Positions 29,136-45,331 of a DNA stretch of 64,000 bases are shown in pieces. The notes beneath the pieces are model-generated. The model did not search any database. It was not told where the DNA came from and was given only the letters and a program-made list of their open reading frames with translations. Both the position numbers and the translations under genes were made by a program. Origin of the DNA: the human T2T-CHM13v2.0 reference genome, Homo sapiens; assembly GCF_009914755.1 (NCBI RefSeq), contig NC_060928.1, one strand, 5' to 3'. Position 1 is the first letter of the stretch. Each line of letters opens with the position of its first letter.

Positions 29136-29714
29136 CCCAGTTCTGACTGATTATACAGAATTTTATGAAAGTTTATTATAAAATGCTTGTAAGATAAAAG
29201 AGAAAATGTCACTAAAAATATAGGCTGTTAATCATGAAAGCATCATCTAGAAAACCTATGATGGTAGGAGATAAGGCAGCATTGAAATGCTTAACTGCAG
29301 GCATCTCGCCTTAATTTGGATAACCAGTGTAGTTCATGTTAGTTCTTTTGAATATGCAGCTTTTCCATTTCCCCTAATAATTTGATACCATTTTTTGTGC
29401 TATTATAGTTCATTAATTTTTTTGCATGCAAAGTTGATATCTTCAGCTGACTCTTCTTTAAATTCAGAAGACATTTAACTGCATAATTTTGTATTGTCCA
29501 TATTTTATATGCTTAGTGCTTTTTATGTGTAAACTTATGCAAAAATATATGTTCTAAGTAGATTTCTTTCTGAATCTTTATTTTGTACAAATTTTTAAAA
29601 AAGTATACTAAAGTGAAATATAGAAGAAAAGTTATAATAAAACAGTATTTCGATAAAATGGAAATAAATGAATTACTTATCTAAGACTATCATAAAAATA
29701 AAAGACATTATGGA

Positions 29715-29945
29715 AAAAACATGTAATAGTAATTTATTAGGTGCTTACCATATTCCAGACTGTTCTAAGCACTTTACATATTTTAACTCATTTAATGTTC
29801 ACAACAGTTCCATATGGCAGATTCATATTCTAATTGTCCCCATTTTACGTAAGGAAACTAATGCACATGAATGGTTAAGCAGATTGTCCAAGGGTCCATA
29901 TGCTAGTTAGTAGGAGATTGGGCTCTGAACCCATATTTTACTGTT
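29715..29945 (-). mobile_element. MIR
   Basis: gttctaagcactttaca...tccccattttac.taaggaaact. Confidence 0.8.
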
Positions 29946-30528
29946 CAAGAAACTGACTATAATAATTTATTTTAATTACTACAACCCTGATCTCCAAATT
30001 AAGTCAAATTTGTATTTTTTCAGTGTAGTATTTTAAATAAAAATGGTACTAGAAATCAAAGATGGAATTCCAGTAGTTTCTGTTATTATCTATAGAGAAG
30101 CTTAAGTGTCAGAAAAGGAGAAAATTGGAAGTATAGTAAAAGAGAGAAGCTGGACTCTGCCAGGTACTAGTTCTTCTCTTTTATAAAAACAGTTTTAGAT
30201 AGGATTTAGGGTTTCTTTGCCCCTGTACAAATCAACCTGGGTTGGAAGAAGCATTTCTCTGTTCTTAGTAAGAGAAGCAGTAGACATAGTATATTTTTGC
30301 TCCCATTCATTTGACCTTCCTCATAATTTGGGTATCTTATGTCTATATATGTGTGTGTGCACTGTGCACATATATGTATATATATGGCACATGTATACTT
30401 ATTTTTGTATATGGCATATACCCTTCGGTGTTTATTGTGTAAAAATAAGCTTCGTATGTACAAATAACCATTTTTTACAAAGATTGTAAAAAGTTAATTT
30501 TCACTTTGAAAATACTACTCATTATTGA

Positions 30529-30666
<138 letters not shown>

Positions 30667-32702
30667 TAAGTATTTGTCTTTATTGCACTTTTGTCATGGT
30701 AATTTTAAGTTAACTTGAGTCTCTGGCCAGCACTGCTAATACAAATTTTAGGTATTTCATTTATAGATTTCTTTGAAATATTTCTGTGCCATAGATGTTG
30801 ATTAATTCATGTCTGATCTAGCTCAGTAGGAAATATATTTTGCCATAGATGCAGATTTTTTTAGTCTACATTGTAAACAGATTTGTAAAATTTGTTAAAT
30901 AAGCTGTAGTAATTAGTGAAATTGTTAAAGGGAGTTTGAAATGATTATTGAATTCAGTTAAACATCTTTGTTTTTACTGATACTGAGGATTTGTCCTTGT
31001 TAAGAAAAAGTTAAATTATTTGAAAACATTTAAGCTTTTACTTCTTATTTAATATTAAAAGGATTGACTTTTTATGCATTGAAAACTGTGTAGAAAATGA
31101 AAGTGTTAAGACTGCATCATCACTGTTACTTTGTAATGTTATACTGGAAAGCTCTGGAATGGAAATATGTCATATCTACTTTATGTTCTCTTAATCCGGT
31201 GCTTTCTGTGGTTGCTAAAGTACCTGTGAGAATCTTTCGCTGACTCTTCTGCTTTCTACTTTTAGAAAATGGAACTATTTGTAAATTTTAGGTTATCTTA
31301 ATAAAGTGATACAGAATGCAGGAAGATCTCTCAGAATAGGACTTTCTAAATAGTTAACCTTTTCTGAGTTGCCTTTCATCACTTCCTCACAAATTCTCTA
31401 TTGCCTAATACTATGTCAGAGCCATCATTTGAACTGCAATATTTTGAAATAGTTCAAATAGAGCTGATTTTACTCTGGCCCATTTGTATAATACTGTAGA
31501 TTTCTACGCTACATACTACTACTCAGGAAACTTAGCCTATGATGATTATGTTAGATTTAATAAAAACAAACATGTTAGTAAATATATAAAGTCCTGAAGA
31601 ATACAAGAATAATAAAGTATTGAATTGGCTTATTGGAGAATACATGTATATAATTTTAAAAATTTATTGGATTGTGATGTTTAGTGGCTGCTGTATAGGA
31701 TTCTGTCCAAGCATCCCTGACCTGCTAGACATTTTATTTCTTGCTGTTGCCTTTTGAAGTATAAGGTTCAATTGAATGTTTTATTAGCGATGAACAAAAG
31801 TTCATGAGGGGTTTTGTCCTTTGTGGCTCAATTAATGGACTTACCATTCATTCAGTTGACAAGTATTTATTAAGGGCCAACACTTTTTTGATGCTGGGGT
31901 GGGGGTATAGTGAATAAAAATCCTGTTTTGGTGAACTTTATATTTCTGGCTTCTTAGGTCATTCCTCCACAGTAGTAGTATTCAGACTCTCTCACCAGTC
32001 AGAGTGTTTGGAAAAAGTAAGATAGTAGAATGTTGACTTTTAAGATACTTCTTGCAAAATAAAATGATGCAATCCAAATCTTAAATTATGCTGTGATATA
32101 GGATGTCCATTCATCTTCTGAGCATTTGTGACATGAGATTTGAGCACTACTTCATTAAAATGTTCTGTTCATAATAAATATGGGGGTTTTCTATTGGTAA
32201 ATATTTATTCATAATACCTTTTGATTCCAAATAGCTTATTATGGCAGTCAGTATTAGAAATATACTTAATGAGTGCAGTTAGATTGTAGCAAACAGATTA
32301 CTTTTAAAATAATTATAAAAACAAACTCAAAAGAGATTTACTACTGTGTCAAGGAAGTACGTTAGAGTCCATAAAAACAATTTCCTTAGTAAATATATAA
32401 ATTAAGTTTTTGAGAGGGTGGAAGTTTTACTTTTAAGTTAATAGACTAAAATATTTTGATAAGGAGACTATAATAGCCAAATTGTGTTATTTCACATAAG
32501 AAATTCAAGGAAAACTGTTTCCAATATATTGTCATTATTTCAGATTTTTATAATAAAGACAATTAAGCTTTTAGATTATTAGAAATACTGTTGTATTTAT
32601 TGAATAAAAATGTATATAGATGCTTTGTATTGTTTAATCCTTGACGGGTTTTTAATGAGTTTTTAAAAATAGTATTACTCTATATAATGTTATTGAACCT
32701 AA

Positions 32703-32996
<294 letters not shown>

Positions 32997-35900
32997 TGAT
33001 GTACAGTAGAGCTTCTTACTTGGGAGAAGAAAAGTACTAGAACATTTTATCTTCTCAATCCTGAGATGGAAAGCTTATGTATCAAAAAGCAAATAAAAAA
33101 CTTCCATATAATGTAACTTTTTAACTACAGTATTTTTTGAGGATTTAGATTATATATGAGTGTTAACATTTTTTTTGAGTGGAATTTTGGTTGATCAAAA
33201 TATGGAAAAGCTGGACATAACTCTTAAGTAATTACACAATAATTTTCTGGAGTATTTTAGGGTCTTTTTAATGGAAATTGATATGAGTAAATGTTTTTCT
33301 AATTACAGTATAAACATACCATTGACTAGCTTTTGTATATTGAGGGTCTTTATCATTTAGCCTGTATATATCTGGATATAATTACTGAGATAGACCATAT
33401 TTCTTTATAGTTGAACTTTGTTAGAATATAGACATCTCTTTAGAACTTATTTTATAAATACGTTTGTGATTGTACTTAATAAAGTAGGAAGAGAGTATTT
33501 TAAGTGTTAATTCATTTAAATTCAGCAGTTACTTAGCCATATCTATCACAAGTGACCATATTAGGAATGGAGGAATAAAATTCTTTGGAAATAGTTCTAG
33601 GGTTTGTAGAAAAGGTCAGATTTATTTTGTTTTGAAAACGTAATGTACAGAAAATTGTCAGGCGTAATGTGTAGAAACCAAATGAATATCTCCTTGGTTT
33701 TCCTTTCCTGGCCTCCTCCCTTTTAGGGTTGGGGTACCAAAGTCTTGAGAGACAGATATTCTTTTGTAAGGTAATTAAAAAAAAATCTTTAATATCTTTT
33801 CATCTATATAACATATATACATTCACCAAACAGTAATTCTTGTGGTAGATGAATTTTTTAAAATCACATGTATAATTTAATTAAAAATAAGTTTATTAAT
33901 TTGGTACTACTTATAGATCTCCAGCTTACATAACTCAAATTTAGTTTGCTTTCTGCAGCATTAACATTTGACTCATTGAATGGCTTATAGTAAAGATGAA
34001 GGTTATTATAATGTAGAAAGCAAATTAAACTGGATTTTAATTTATAAAATCAAGGTGTTAGAAGAGGTGATTATGGAGGTCTTTTCTGGCCTAATTTTGT
34101 GACTGCTGTTGAATTCCATGTTACTTGAAAAGAGTATTTCAATAGCAGATAAACAATAGGCATCATACTTTTCATTCTGAAGCCATTGAAGGTTTACTGC
34201 AGAAAAATTATTCTCTAAGCACATGACTGTTATCCAATATCTTAACAAAAAAGGAGGAGATCATTTTCTGGGTTATTTTTTCCTCAGACTTAGTATGCCA
34301 GTGAGGTAGCATACTAAATTGTCAATGACACTTTTAAAATTTGTACTGTTTATATATTAGTTACAGAGTAGAGATTCTGTGATGGAAAAACTGTAAGCTG
34401 TGGGCTTACAAATAGATACTTGAAAAAAAAAAGAAACATAATTAGAGAACAGTGTATTTATATGCTTGAAAGAGGGAGAATTTTAATTTCCCTGATGCCA
34501 TTTTTATGCTGTCTTACTTAGCTCAGGTGAAACACAAGTTTGCTACAATACTTTAGGTGTGAATTCAGTAATATCCAGAAAAAAATACTAAATTCAAATT
34601 GGCCAAGAACTGTATCTTTCATCCTGCTTCAATGTAGTACTGATTCAGAGAGTTATGATATTGAGGCATGATATTGAAGTATTTAGCACTTCATATTTTA
34701 GAAAATAATTATTTTAAAAAATAATTTTTTGCTTGGAAGTTTCTGTTTTAGGTTATTATTTTTATCCCGAGATTTAGGATGCTGATTTTATAAAGTATTA
34801 GAAAATTCATTAATAGGTAACATAAAGAAATGCTTTATGTTACCTATTAATGAAGAAAATTGAAGATGGTTATCCTCAGCCTTCAAAATTCAGTCACTGG
34901 TTCCCTCCTGTTTCTTGTACAATTCTCATTGAGATTGATAAAAAGGGAAATACCTTTGATGTGAAAAAATTAGTGTACCTCATTGTGTTCACACTTTACA
35001 AAGCAGAATATTTAGATTTATATATTTTTAAAGTATACTTGCATTGCTAAAATTGTTATCTGGGAACCCTACAACATTTACTCTAACACAAGACAAATTC
35101 CTAAAGTTTGATTGACAAAATAAAACTGGCTAAGATTTCTTTTGCCTAGGCTATCATCTGGACAGTGCAAAGAAAGATGTAGTCTAATGTGGACATTATA
35201 CCATTAATAGCATTTTTTTTTAAGTGTTGTTAAGGGAGTCTTATGTTCAATTTGATGTATATGAGCTGAAAATATCTTCCTTAAAGAAAAAAGCATCATA
35301 AATCTTTTGTAACCATATGGAACCTGTTATCCCTACTTCAGATATTTATAATTTTGTCATGTAATAACCCAGTAATTTTTTTGAACTAACATTTTGAAAT
35401 TTTTAGAGCTTTTGAACTGTTTTCATTGGACCATTGCTGCAATATTGAAAGCAATCTTTTGTAAATTACTGTTGCTGAACTCACCAAGAGTGTTTAGGTC
35501 TATTATAAGCTCCATAATAATTATAAAAATAAGTGCACTTGTTAGCTGAGTTTACTAAGTTGATATGTGGAGAAAATTTAACAAAGGAAAGCTGACTTGG
35601 TAATTTTTAGATAATAAGGCCAAGTTTCGGTATTGCTGATATAAGTGTATACTAACTTGGACAATTTTATACAATTTGGTTAGAATTGGAAATACCCCTT
35701 ACACTCTTAAGGCCTGTAGGTGACACTTCTTGGGAAAAAGTAATGATTTCTTGAGCCAAAAAATCACTTAAAAAAAAATCCTTCTTAAATTTGAGCTGTT
35801 AGCACCTTAGCTAGAAATTTCCTGTGCTACTTTTATAGATGCAATTGGTATTTTAGGGTGTTTTGCCCTCATTGTCAGCAAGTAGATTTATTAGTGCTGT

Positions 35901-36515
35901 GATGGTTATGAAGCCATGCAGGTTAAGCAGACAGAGCCTTTCCCTTTTGAATTTTAATATAGATTACCCAGGTTACACATACAATTAGTATAATGTACAG
36001 TAGAAGTTGGAGGGTTATATCTAGAAACACAGAACTTAATTTTTATAGTGTAAAATAATGAGGTGTACCTGGTAAATAGTAAGAATTTACTGATGGTAGT
36101 CTGATAAGTTTAACTGTGCTGGCTAATTCATATTTGGAATCCCAGGACTTTTAAACATGCTTTATAGTGAATGCTTAAAAATGCTGTTAAAGAAGAAGCT
36201 TTATACTTTGTTGGTTATATGCTAGTTATGTATTAAGTATATATTTTCCTTGTGGAAGAAATAAAAGTTTAATTTTTTTCCAAAAAGAACCAGCTACTTC
36301 TAATTTTTACGATACCATTAATTCAGCCAACTAGCCACAGATGTGATAGAAGATCATGGAAATGATATAGTTAAATGTCTTTTCAAAAATTAAATATATT
36401 AATTTTTTTAAGAAATAATTTGTAAAAAGATTGCTGCAGTATAGAAACATGACTTTTTTAAAGTAACATTGAGTTTTTGGCTATTTTTGTGTCTTGTTAA
36501 CTTGAGCTCTAATGA

Positions 36516-36704
<189 letters not shown>

Positions 36705-38210
36705 TAGGATACTGTACTTAGGGCCTACTATTTACATTCCTTTACTTAAATCTAGTCTTAATTTCATATATGAAAATTTTGTGAAACTATAGTAAAGAAA
36801 AAAACATTTAAAAAAGTGTTTAAAAACTTACATAAGAATGAAAGCAACCTAATTATTGATTAATATAGATGTTTTTAAGCCCCTGGGTAAGATTTAGTAG
36901 CACACACCAAGGGATAATGTCAGAAGGGCTAGTCTTCGAGAGGCCCTCGATTTCAAAAGAATATTTTAATTTTTCTTCCAACCTCCTTTAAGATTTTTTT
37001 CTTCCATTTTGGTAGGTACTGTAATTTAACTTTTTATATATCTACAAGGCAAAATTTATTAAAAAGATTTGAGGAGCGGGGAGGACCATCAGCTATTAAA
37101 ATAAATTAGGAAGCTACAATATTTAAATAGCTCCTTTTAACACGGAGTGTGTCTAGCATTAAGTGTGTTGTGTCTAGCATTTCTGCTTTGTTTTCTGCAT
37201 TCAAGTACCCCTTGTTGTAGCCTCCAGCTCACTGGAATAGAAAAGAGAGAAATAGAAATATTTTGAGGTTTGTATGATGAAGATGGCAGTTCAACTTTCT
37301 CAGCCGTTTGTGGGCAAAAAATAAGGCTGGATCTCTATTTCATTCTTTATGCTAAAATTGCAGATAAATCAAAGATTTAAATATAAAAATAAATGTACTT
37401 GAAGAAAATAAGTGTGAAATTATTTATAAGAGTAGAATGTGGAATTTATAAGCTAGACATTTAATCCCAGGAACTATTATTAAAAAAAGATTAATCCATT
37501 GCCATATAACTTTAAACCATTAAAAGTTCCCCCAGACTCATGAACCCAAACTCATAAATTAGAAATATTTATTACTCATTTGACAAATGTCTAAGTTTTA
37601 TAATTTATGAAGCTCGTGTAAATCATAAAGAAAAGGGTAAAAATTCCAAAAAAGGTCAAAAATGACCAAAAGAAAAAAGGGAGCATAGAAGAAATCTAGT
37701 CTGACTTGTGATTTAATTTGCTTACAGTAGTAGGATCTTATTTTCTTGTGATTAGGTTTTTCTTTTTTTCTCTGTGTGTATGTAATGTGGGAGTGGGGTG
37801 GGGTTATGTGTGTTTGTAATGTGAGATGGAAAAAAATACTACTGATAATTTTAGATCTAATTAGGCTCTAGTTAATTGATGCATTACAGTGTATTATATG
37901 CTTCCCTTACTGTCAGTAAATGTGCTAATTTTAGTTTTTATCATTGCTAGTATAAATTTAATCATGTATTATGTCTTTGAACTTATTTCTGAGAGCTAGG
38001 CAAAAATAACAAAAGGTTGAAAAAACATAAAAGCATTCAAGTCAATCTGAAATTACAATATTCCTAGTATTTTACCTCCTGTCAGAGGGCTTTATGGACT
38101 TTTAAAGTATTGTATTGAGTAGTAAAAGCTTAATAAAGTACAGATTTTAAAACCATAACTTACTTACCTATAATGTAATGTGTTTTAGAAAACATTTAGA
38201 TTCTTTGCAA

Positions 38211-38520
38211 TTTTTTTCTTTTTCTTTGTCTTCTTCAAGAGACAAGGTCTCATTCTGTGGCCCAGGACCTGCTGGAGTACAGTGTTGTGATCATAGCTTA
38301 CTATACAAACTCCTGGCCTCAAGTGATCCTCCCACCTCAGCCTCCTGAGTAGCTGGAACTATGGGCATGTGCCACCATGCTGGTTTAATTTTTAAATTTT
38401 TGTAGAGATTGGGTTTTGCTGTATGCCCAGGCTGGTCTCAAACTCCTGGCCTCGAGCAGTCCTGCCACCACAGTCTCCCAAAGTGTTGGGATTACAGACA
38501 TGAACCACCATGTTTGGCCT
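38211..38520 (-). mobile_element. AluJ
   Basis: gagacaaggtctc...tgatcatagct...ctcaagtgatcctcccacctcagcc. Confidence 0.9.
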
Positions 38521-39874
38521 GCCATTTTATTCTTTATATTTTTCAAATGTGGCCTTTTGTGTCTTTTGCCATTTTATTTCAGTGTCTCTGTGTTTATAAT
38601 ATGTAATTAGTGATTTATATTACTTTTAAATAAATCCTACATTCAGAAAAATCAGGAATTCCTAGCTTGGCTCATAGTTTTTGAATGTGAAGCTTTTGTC
38701 AATTGTGTATTCATGCAATGTAGTTGTTTCCATATATTAACATAAAATAAAGCATAAGAAGATACACATCGTTTTCGTATTAGTTCCATTTGCATCCATT
38801 TTATAACACACAGAAATTTTGAAAATGAAATAGCCATGACAAATCTTTGTTAAAACTGTATGGTTTGTGGTTACCTAAGAATTTGAATATACTTTTCTTA
38901 TTACTAATTTAGGTCAAGGGTAGTTACCATTATTTACTCTTCATAAACCTATTAATTTCTTCTTTCTTTCCTGGAGACTTTTCTTCTTAAAAGTAGTGGA
39001 GTCAAATATTTAGAACTTTTCTTAGCTTTTGTTAACTCTCCCAATAGACAAGTAATGGGGCCGACATGGGGGATGAGGAAAGAAGTACTTTCCAGATCCA
39101 GGAGTTGAAAAGAACTTAGAGAACCATTTAGAGGAGAATGAGAAACATAACTAACGGGATTACTGAATAGTTATGAAGAATGTACTGAAAGCTGGCTGCC
39201 TCAGTTGTCTTTTGGCTCCTGTGTTGTAAGGTGATTAAAGAAGTACATTGCAGAGATTAAGAGCAAGACTTCTAGAGCCAAACAGCCTTGGATTGCATCT
39301 GCTCTGTCCCTGTTTGGTATGGAACATTGAGCACCTCCATTTATCTCAGTCTTCCCATTTCTAAAAGGGGCATTTAAAAAGTACCCACCTCTTACGGTTA
39401 TTGTGAGAATTAAATGAAAGCTGAAAAGTGCTTTTTAGTAAGAGATAGCCTTTAATACTATAGTCATTATTACTATAAAAACTAGTACTACAACTACTCT
39501 TGATATCAATATTACAATTCTTCATCTAACTTAATTTCTGATTTTCTGGATAGGGGCAGGACATGCTGTCAGACACTTACTAGAGCATACTTTCCCTGCA
39601 GAAATGTCTTTGGATGCTTTGAAGTGGAATTTGGTTTTATGGGTTAATGGTGGATCTACCAAAGGCTTACCATAAATTATCATATATTCCAGAATATACT
39701 GTTAAATATAACTACTAAGATTATTTTTCTTACCTCCTTATTTTGTGCAGTAAGGTAATGATGAACACCAGGTAAAAGCTTTTTTTTTTTTTTTTTTAAA
39801 CTTTAGGGTCTTCTCACTTATTGCTTTATGGTTTCTTTATCTTTGCTCTTAAGAGCTCATCTATTGGGGCTAAA

Positions 39875-40300
39875 TTTATTATTATTATTATTATTTATTT
39901 ATTTTTTAAGACCATGTCTCACTCTGTTGTCCAGGTTGGAGAGCAATGGTGTGATCTTGGCTCACTACAACCTCTGCCTCCCAGTTTCAAGAGATTCTCC
40001 TGCCACAGCCTCCTGAGTAGCTGGGACTACAGGCCTATGCCACCATGCCTGGCTAATTTTTGTATTTTTAGTAGAGATGGGGTTTCACCATGTTGGTCAG
40101 GCTGGTCTTGAACTTCTGACCTCAGTGATCTGCCTGCCTCGGCCTCCCAAAGTGCTGGGACTATAGGCATGAGGCACTGCGCCCGGCCATGTATTTATTG
40201 ACAGGATCTAGCTATGTTGCCCAGGCTGGTCTCAACCTTCTGGGCTCAGCTGATCCTCCTGAGTAACTGGTACTACACGTGTGAGCCACTGTGACTGGTT
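39875..40300 (-). mobile_element. AluS (to 40188) abutting an older Alu monomer
   Basis: full Alu plus monomer, jointly flanked by att(g/a)ggg(c/t)taaatttatt. Confidence 0.9.
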
Positions 40301-41797
40301 CGATTAGGGTTAAATTTATTTCAATACCCATATTGTGGGAAACCAGGAATTTGCTTGCTTGTTTTTACTACATTTAAATTTGTTATGGAAATTTAATAAT
40401 CTCTACAAATACAGACAGAGCAGTGCAATAAATTTTCATGTACCTCATGAAAATACCTCACCCAACCTCACTGGTTATCAACTCATGGCCAATCTTGTTT
40501 CCTCTATAACCTCACCCACTCTCTTCTCCTATATTATTTTTGAAAAAAAAAATAGCTACTTAAAAGTACCTTTGAAATGAAAGATGAAGATACGGTTTCC
40601 TTGGAGCTTTTCAATCACTGGCTCTGGGTTTCTACTTGTAGAGAGAGGGCTCTGATCAGTAACTTTTCGGGGTAGTTACCAGGTCTATTCCAAATATATT
40701 ATCCTGGCATTATTTAGTGCCACTTAATGTTTTAGTTATGATTGAACATATTATCAGCTATTAAATTTAGTTTCATTTCAGCACCCATATACTAAGATAT
40801 GTAGGACATATAGAGTAACATGTAAGTTTCTATAACAATGTCTGTAGGTTAACAGATAGAAATAATGTTGATGCATGAAATATTTATGGTTGGAAAATTG
40901 GAGTGGATGTTTCTCATTTCAGGGAAATTAAGGGCAATAACTTGAAGTTTGTGGGAGAGAAAAATGTGTCTTTATGGAGGGAAAACCAAACAAATTTTAA
41001 GCAGGAAAATTGTTTTGAGACTTCTATCCAGAGTATTTTCTTTTTAAATTTGTTGAGCTGTTAGATTAGAGATGGTGGCTTAACTTTATCTAGGCCCAGG
41101 CATGGATCCTTCGTTTTGTGTAACTTGAATGGTAACTACTTTAATTTTTGGCTTAGGTCCTTGACTAAACCATGGTATAACTTGGCTGCTGCAACAGGCA
41201 GCTCCTTTAGCTTCTATTTTTGTTGGAATGTGCAGGGATTTTGTGCTTTTCTATGCAATATTGGTATAGGCATAATTAAATCAGTTGCCTCAGACCAGTG
41301 TGTACATCAATAAGAAATATTGTTGTAGTTTTAGTCTTATACTACCTTCAGTGCTGAAGCTCTATTTTGTGTTCTTAGGTTGTGTTAGTAGTATTTGTGT
41401 CAATAGAAAGATTTACACTATTGAGTGAGCAGAGAAATATTATTTCTTCGTGGCTAAGTTTTAAAAAGTTGATTTTATATTTATAGTAGAATCAGATTCA
41501 GTGGTAATGGTCTTGTGATGATTCAGGTGATCATTTTAAGTTGAGTAAACAAGGGCGTATTCTAGTTTCTCTGCCTTTTTTGTTTTGTTTTTAAACCTGA
41601 TCACGTAATACTACTTTTAGGTGAACTGGACACATACATTCCTTAATCCATTTCTTTTCCCCAAAAGCGTATTTTGTTAATAGATGATATGGTTTTATTG
41701 TCATGAAGTAGCAATTAATAAAACACTGAACTCGAGGTTTAATTATTTGCAGGAGAAAATGGCTTTAGAAAAACTATAAAAATTGAAGGGTCAAATT

Positions 41798-41965
41798 CTT
41801 TCTTTCTTTCTTTTTTTAAAGAGACAGGGTCTTTCTGTTGCCTATGCTGGATTGCAATGGTGAGATCATAGCTCACTGCAGTCTTGAACTCCTAAGCCCA
41901 AGCCATCCTCTCACCCCAGCCTCCTAAGTAGCTGGGATTACAGGCAAGAGTCACCATGCCTGGCT
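41798..41965 (-). mobile_element. Alu right monomer (FRAM/AluJ)
   Basis: gagacagggtct...atcatagctcactgcag...catgcctggct. Confidence 0.85.
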
Positions 41966-44900
41966 GAAATGTCCTTGAATCAGTGTTTAGCTGTATTAAA
42001 TGTGATACCTCTGCGCACTCTAGATTACATCCTTCAGTAATCCAGTGGTACATTTTGCAACCCATTCTCTTGAAGAGTTCAGTAAATTATATTATTTAAC
42101 TTAAGTGCTTAAAGATGCCTTATTGATTTTTTTTCCTTTTTTTTAAATTGCTGATAATATTCAATTTAGAAATATTCAGAGATAAAAATGTAGCCAAGTT
42201 CTACCTGTGGGTTTTAGGTATGATTATTCATCTTTTCATACTTTGAATTTAGAACCAAGTCAGAGATGGTCCACTGGAGCTCATCAGATAAAACTGTCAA
42301 CTTTTTAGTACTGGTAAAGCAGATTGCAGAATGAAATTTAGATCTAAAGCCGAAGGAGCCTGTTCCTCTGTTCCCAACCCTCAAATTTATTAACATCCAG
42401 TCATAGTCAATGCTGGAAAACCTTAGACTTCTTCCACAGAGACAGGTTACTTACAAAATGTGGTTTAGCAGAGAACATGTATGTTCTTAAAATAACCTGT
42501 TCTGAAAGAAAGATCATCAGAGATTGATGGGTGGAGGTGCTTCATTCTTTTTTCTAGTCTAACAATTTGACAAATCACTGTCTTTCCCACTGGGGAGAAT
42601 GAGTTATAGTAGTAGATAGCGATCGTGGCACTACACTAGCACAGTGGCTTCAAACTTTTTGTGACTGTGATTCAATATATTAATAAAAAATACATTTTAG
42701 TTATGACCTGGTATACACTCCACACACAGAATACACACATGTAAACTGAATCACATTTCATGAAATATTGCTTACATTTACCATATTAATGTACTGTAAT
42801 ATTTTCTGTTCTTCTTTATTAAAATAAATAGTAGTTCTGACCTTTTGAGTTGATTTTATGTCACATAAATGGAATCAGTACAGTTAGACTAAACTGGCTC
42901 CAGCAGATATATTCCCACATGAAAACATGACCCAGGGGAATTGGAGGTCCTTGTGTTTGCTTATAAGATAATATCAGTTCTACCTGCAACCTAGCTACCT
43001 AATCATTAGAGGATATGCTGTGCTTAACCTGAGATACAGAAATACCTATACCCATATAGGTTAGGACACAAAATCTCAAATTTATTTTTTTCTCTCTCAG
43101 TGCTTTTCAATTGCTATGAAAGAAAACAAAACAAAGAAAAACAAGGAATGCCTGAACTATCATTTAATTCCTCTCTGAATACTTAAAAAGTTTTTCTTGG
43201 ATTAAACCAGGCCGCAAAAGAAGTACATTCTTAAACCATACCCCTTTCTTTTACTGCATGGCATTTAGGCCACTAGTCCATACTGATAGCGTGTTTAAAA
43301 CATGACCCTGTGTCACTCACTGCTATTCCTTAAGGATGTTGTTCACTTTGTGTGAGCTATCTTTAGAAAGACTCAACGGAGAATTTGCTCTCTAGCTTTC
43401 AGTATCACGAATAGTGTTTTTCCTTAGCACCTGATTTGTTTTTGTATTAGATACACTGTGATTCATGTAATGGATCATGTTGCCCTGTTTATATTGACAG
43501 CTAAAAAATGGAGAGCAAATTTTGGGCCTGCATTTAAGACCAAATCATATGTAGTTTGTAACTGACCTCATTATCCTGTCCATCTCAACCCCCAAGCCAC
43601 TATTTTTCCATTAGTTTTAATTTTCTTATATATTTAAAAAAAATCTTAGTTTTGTGTGCCACTTCAAGTTCTTTATAGGACTAAATATGTATAATTAGCT
43701 ATTGTTGAAATTAGATTTTAAAAGCCAAATAAATTTGTTAGAATAGAAAAATAGGACTATACGTTTGTGAATTAGGTAGGTTTCGTGTGATTTGTTTGGT
43801 TTTTAAAATTATATGAATAAGTAGTTATTGTTAACAGTATGTTTAAATTTATCCCCATTTTGTGTACTGTTGTTACGTTAAAAACATTTAATATCTGTTG
43901 GTATCAAGATAAAATAAATTTTGTAGATTCCTCAAATCTTTTTTGGATTGAGTTTGAATATAAACTAGCAAATATTAGAATTAAAATGTTTTTAGTTATT
44001 TCAGTCTAGCAATGGTGGTAAAAATTATAAAAAACATCCATTTTATAAGTGATATATGTTAGCATTATAAATATATAAAATCAAGTTACATGCAGAGTTT
44101 TCGTATATTTTACACTGAGCTCAGAATCTCTCAAATAAATTATAACTTTCCACATAACTGTGTTTTTAGCCAAAATAAGTTTATCATGTCATTGAAGATG
44201 TATCACACATTCTGTATTCAAAATATTACTTAAATTTGAAGGGAAGATTTAATTCATTTTGATTTATAATTTTATTTAACCCATTTACATACTTAGATCT
44301 CTCTATACATTATTTTATTAGCAAACTTAAGAATATCTAATTCTTTAAATTTTACATTTTAAGTAGTTTAAAAAGGATTTAAACATTATAACAACTTAGA
44401 GTTAATTAATGAAGCAGAGGTAGACTTTGAGATGTCTTAACAAAATCTTTTACTTACGGAATTGAGTATAAATGTCAACCTTGTGAAATTTAGAATTAAA
44501 AATTATCCAAGAAGTGGAGTACTACCAAATGGTAGTGGTCATTTTGGTAGAAAAAAGATCAGGCATTTCAAGCAATGCTGTAAGGTTGTTTTGAAATCTG
44601 TTCATAAAAACCAGAAAACTCTGCCCATATTTCTGAGCATGATATGGATAACATGTTAAGATACAGAACTATGGTGAATGTTGTTAGCATCAATATGGGA
44701 AGAGAGTATGTTTTTGGAAAACGACAGTGCCAATCCATTACTACTTTGTTAGATTATAACATATACAATTTAGGCTTTTCTTAATGATTAAGGATCACTT
44801 AAAAATTAATACAGGTATTTTGGATAATAGTAATAATTATTTTGAATAGAATTATCTTGAAGGACCTTTTTACTATGGCCTTGGAACTTTCTTGAATAAT

Positions 44901-45190
44901 TCCCCAGTGTTCACTAAACTCACTTTTTCTTTTGTGTCACTTTTTCAATAGAATAATCAAGTTTGTCATTCATACTTCTAGTGTAGAGCTGTTCTGTGAT
45001 TGATCTACCCTTAGCTTGGGATAATGCTTTATTTATAAAATAGCAATTTCTGCATTTTCTGTAGGCATTAATAAAGTTTGCTAGAATCATCACTGATCTT
45101 AGAGTGGAACAGAAAATACATATTTTTTATCCTTATAATGTGCCCCTAAGTAGTATAATGTGTGTTTCATAAAACTTCTTAACATTTTGA

Positions 45191-45331
<141 letters not shown>

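Noticed and set aside
30340-30420. Apparent hairpin around gtgcac-t-gtgcac
   Set aside because: Alternating purine-pyrimidine simple sequence is trivially self-complementary
39863-40320. Possible trimeric Alu under one TSD
   Set aside because: More simply a younger Alu inserted into the A-tail of an older monomer, which is common
42253-42313. Possible 61-nt cryptic exon (tttag|AACC...CTG|gtaaag)
   Set aside because: Only moderate splice signals and not needed for the reading frame; unsupported without RNA data
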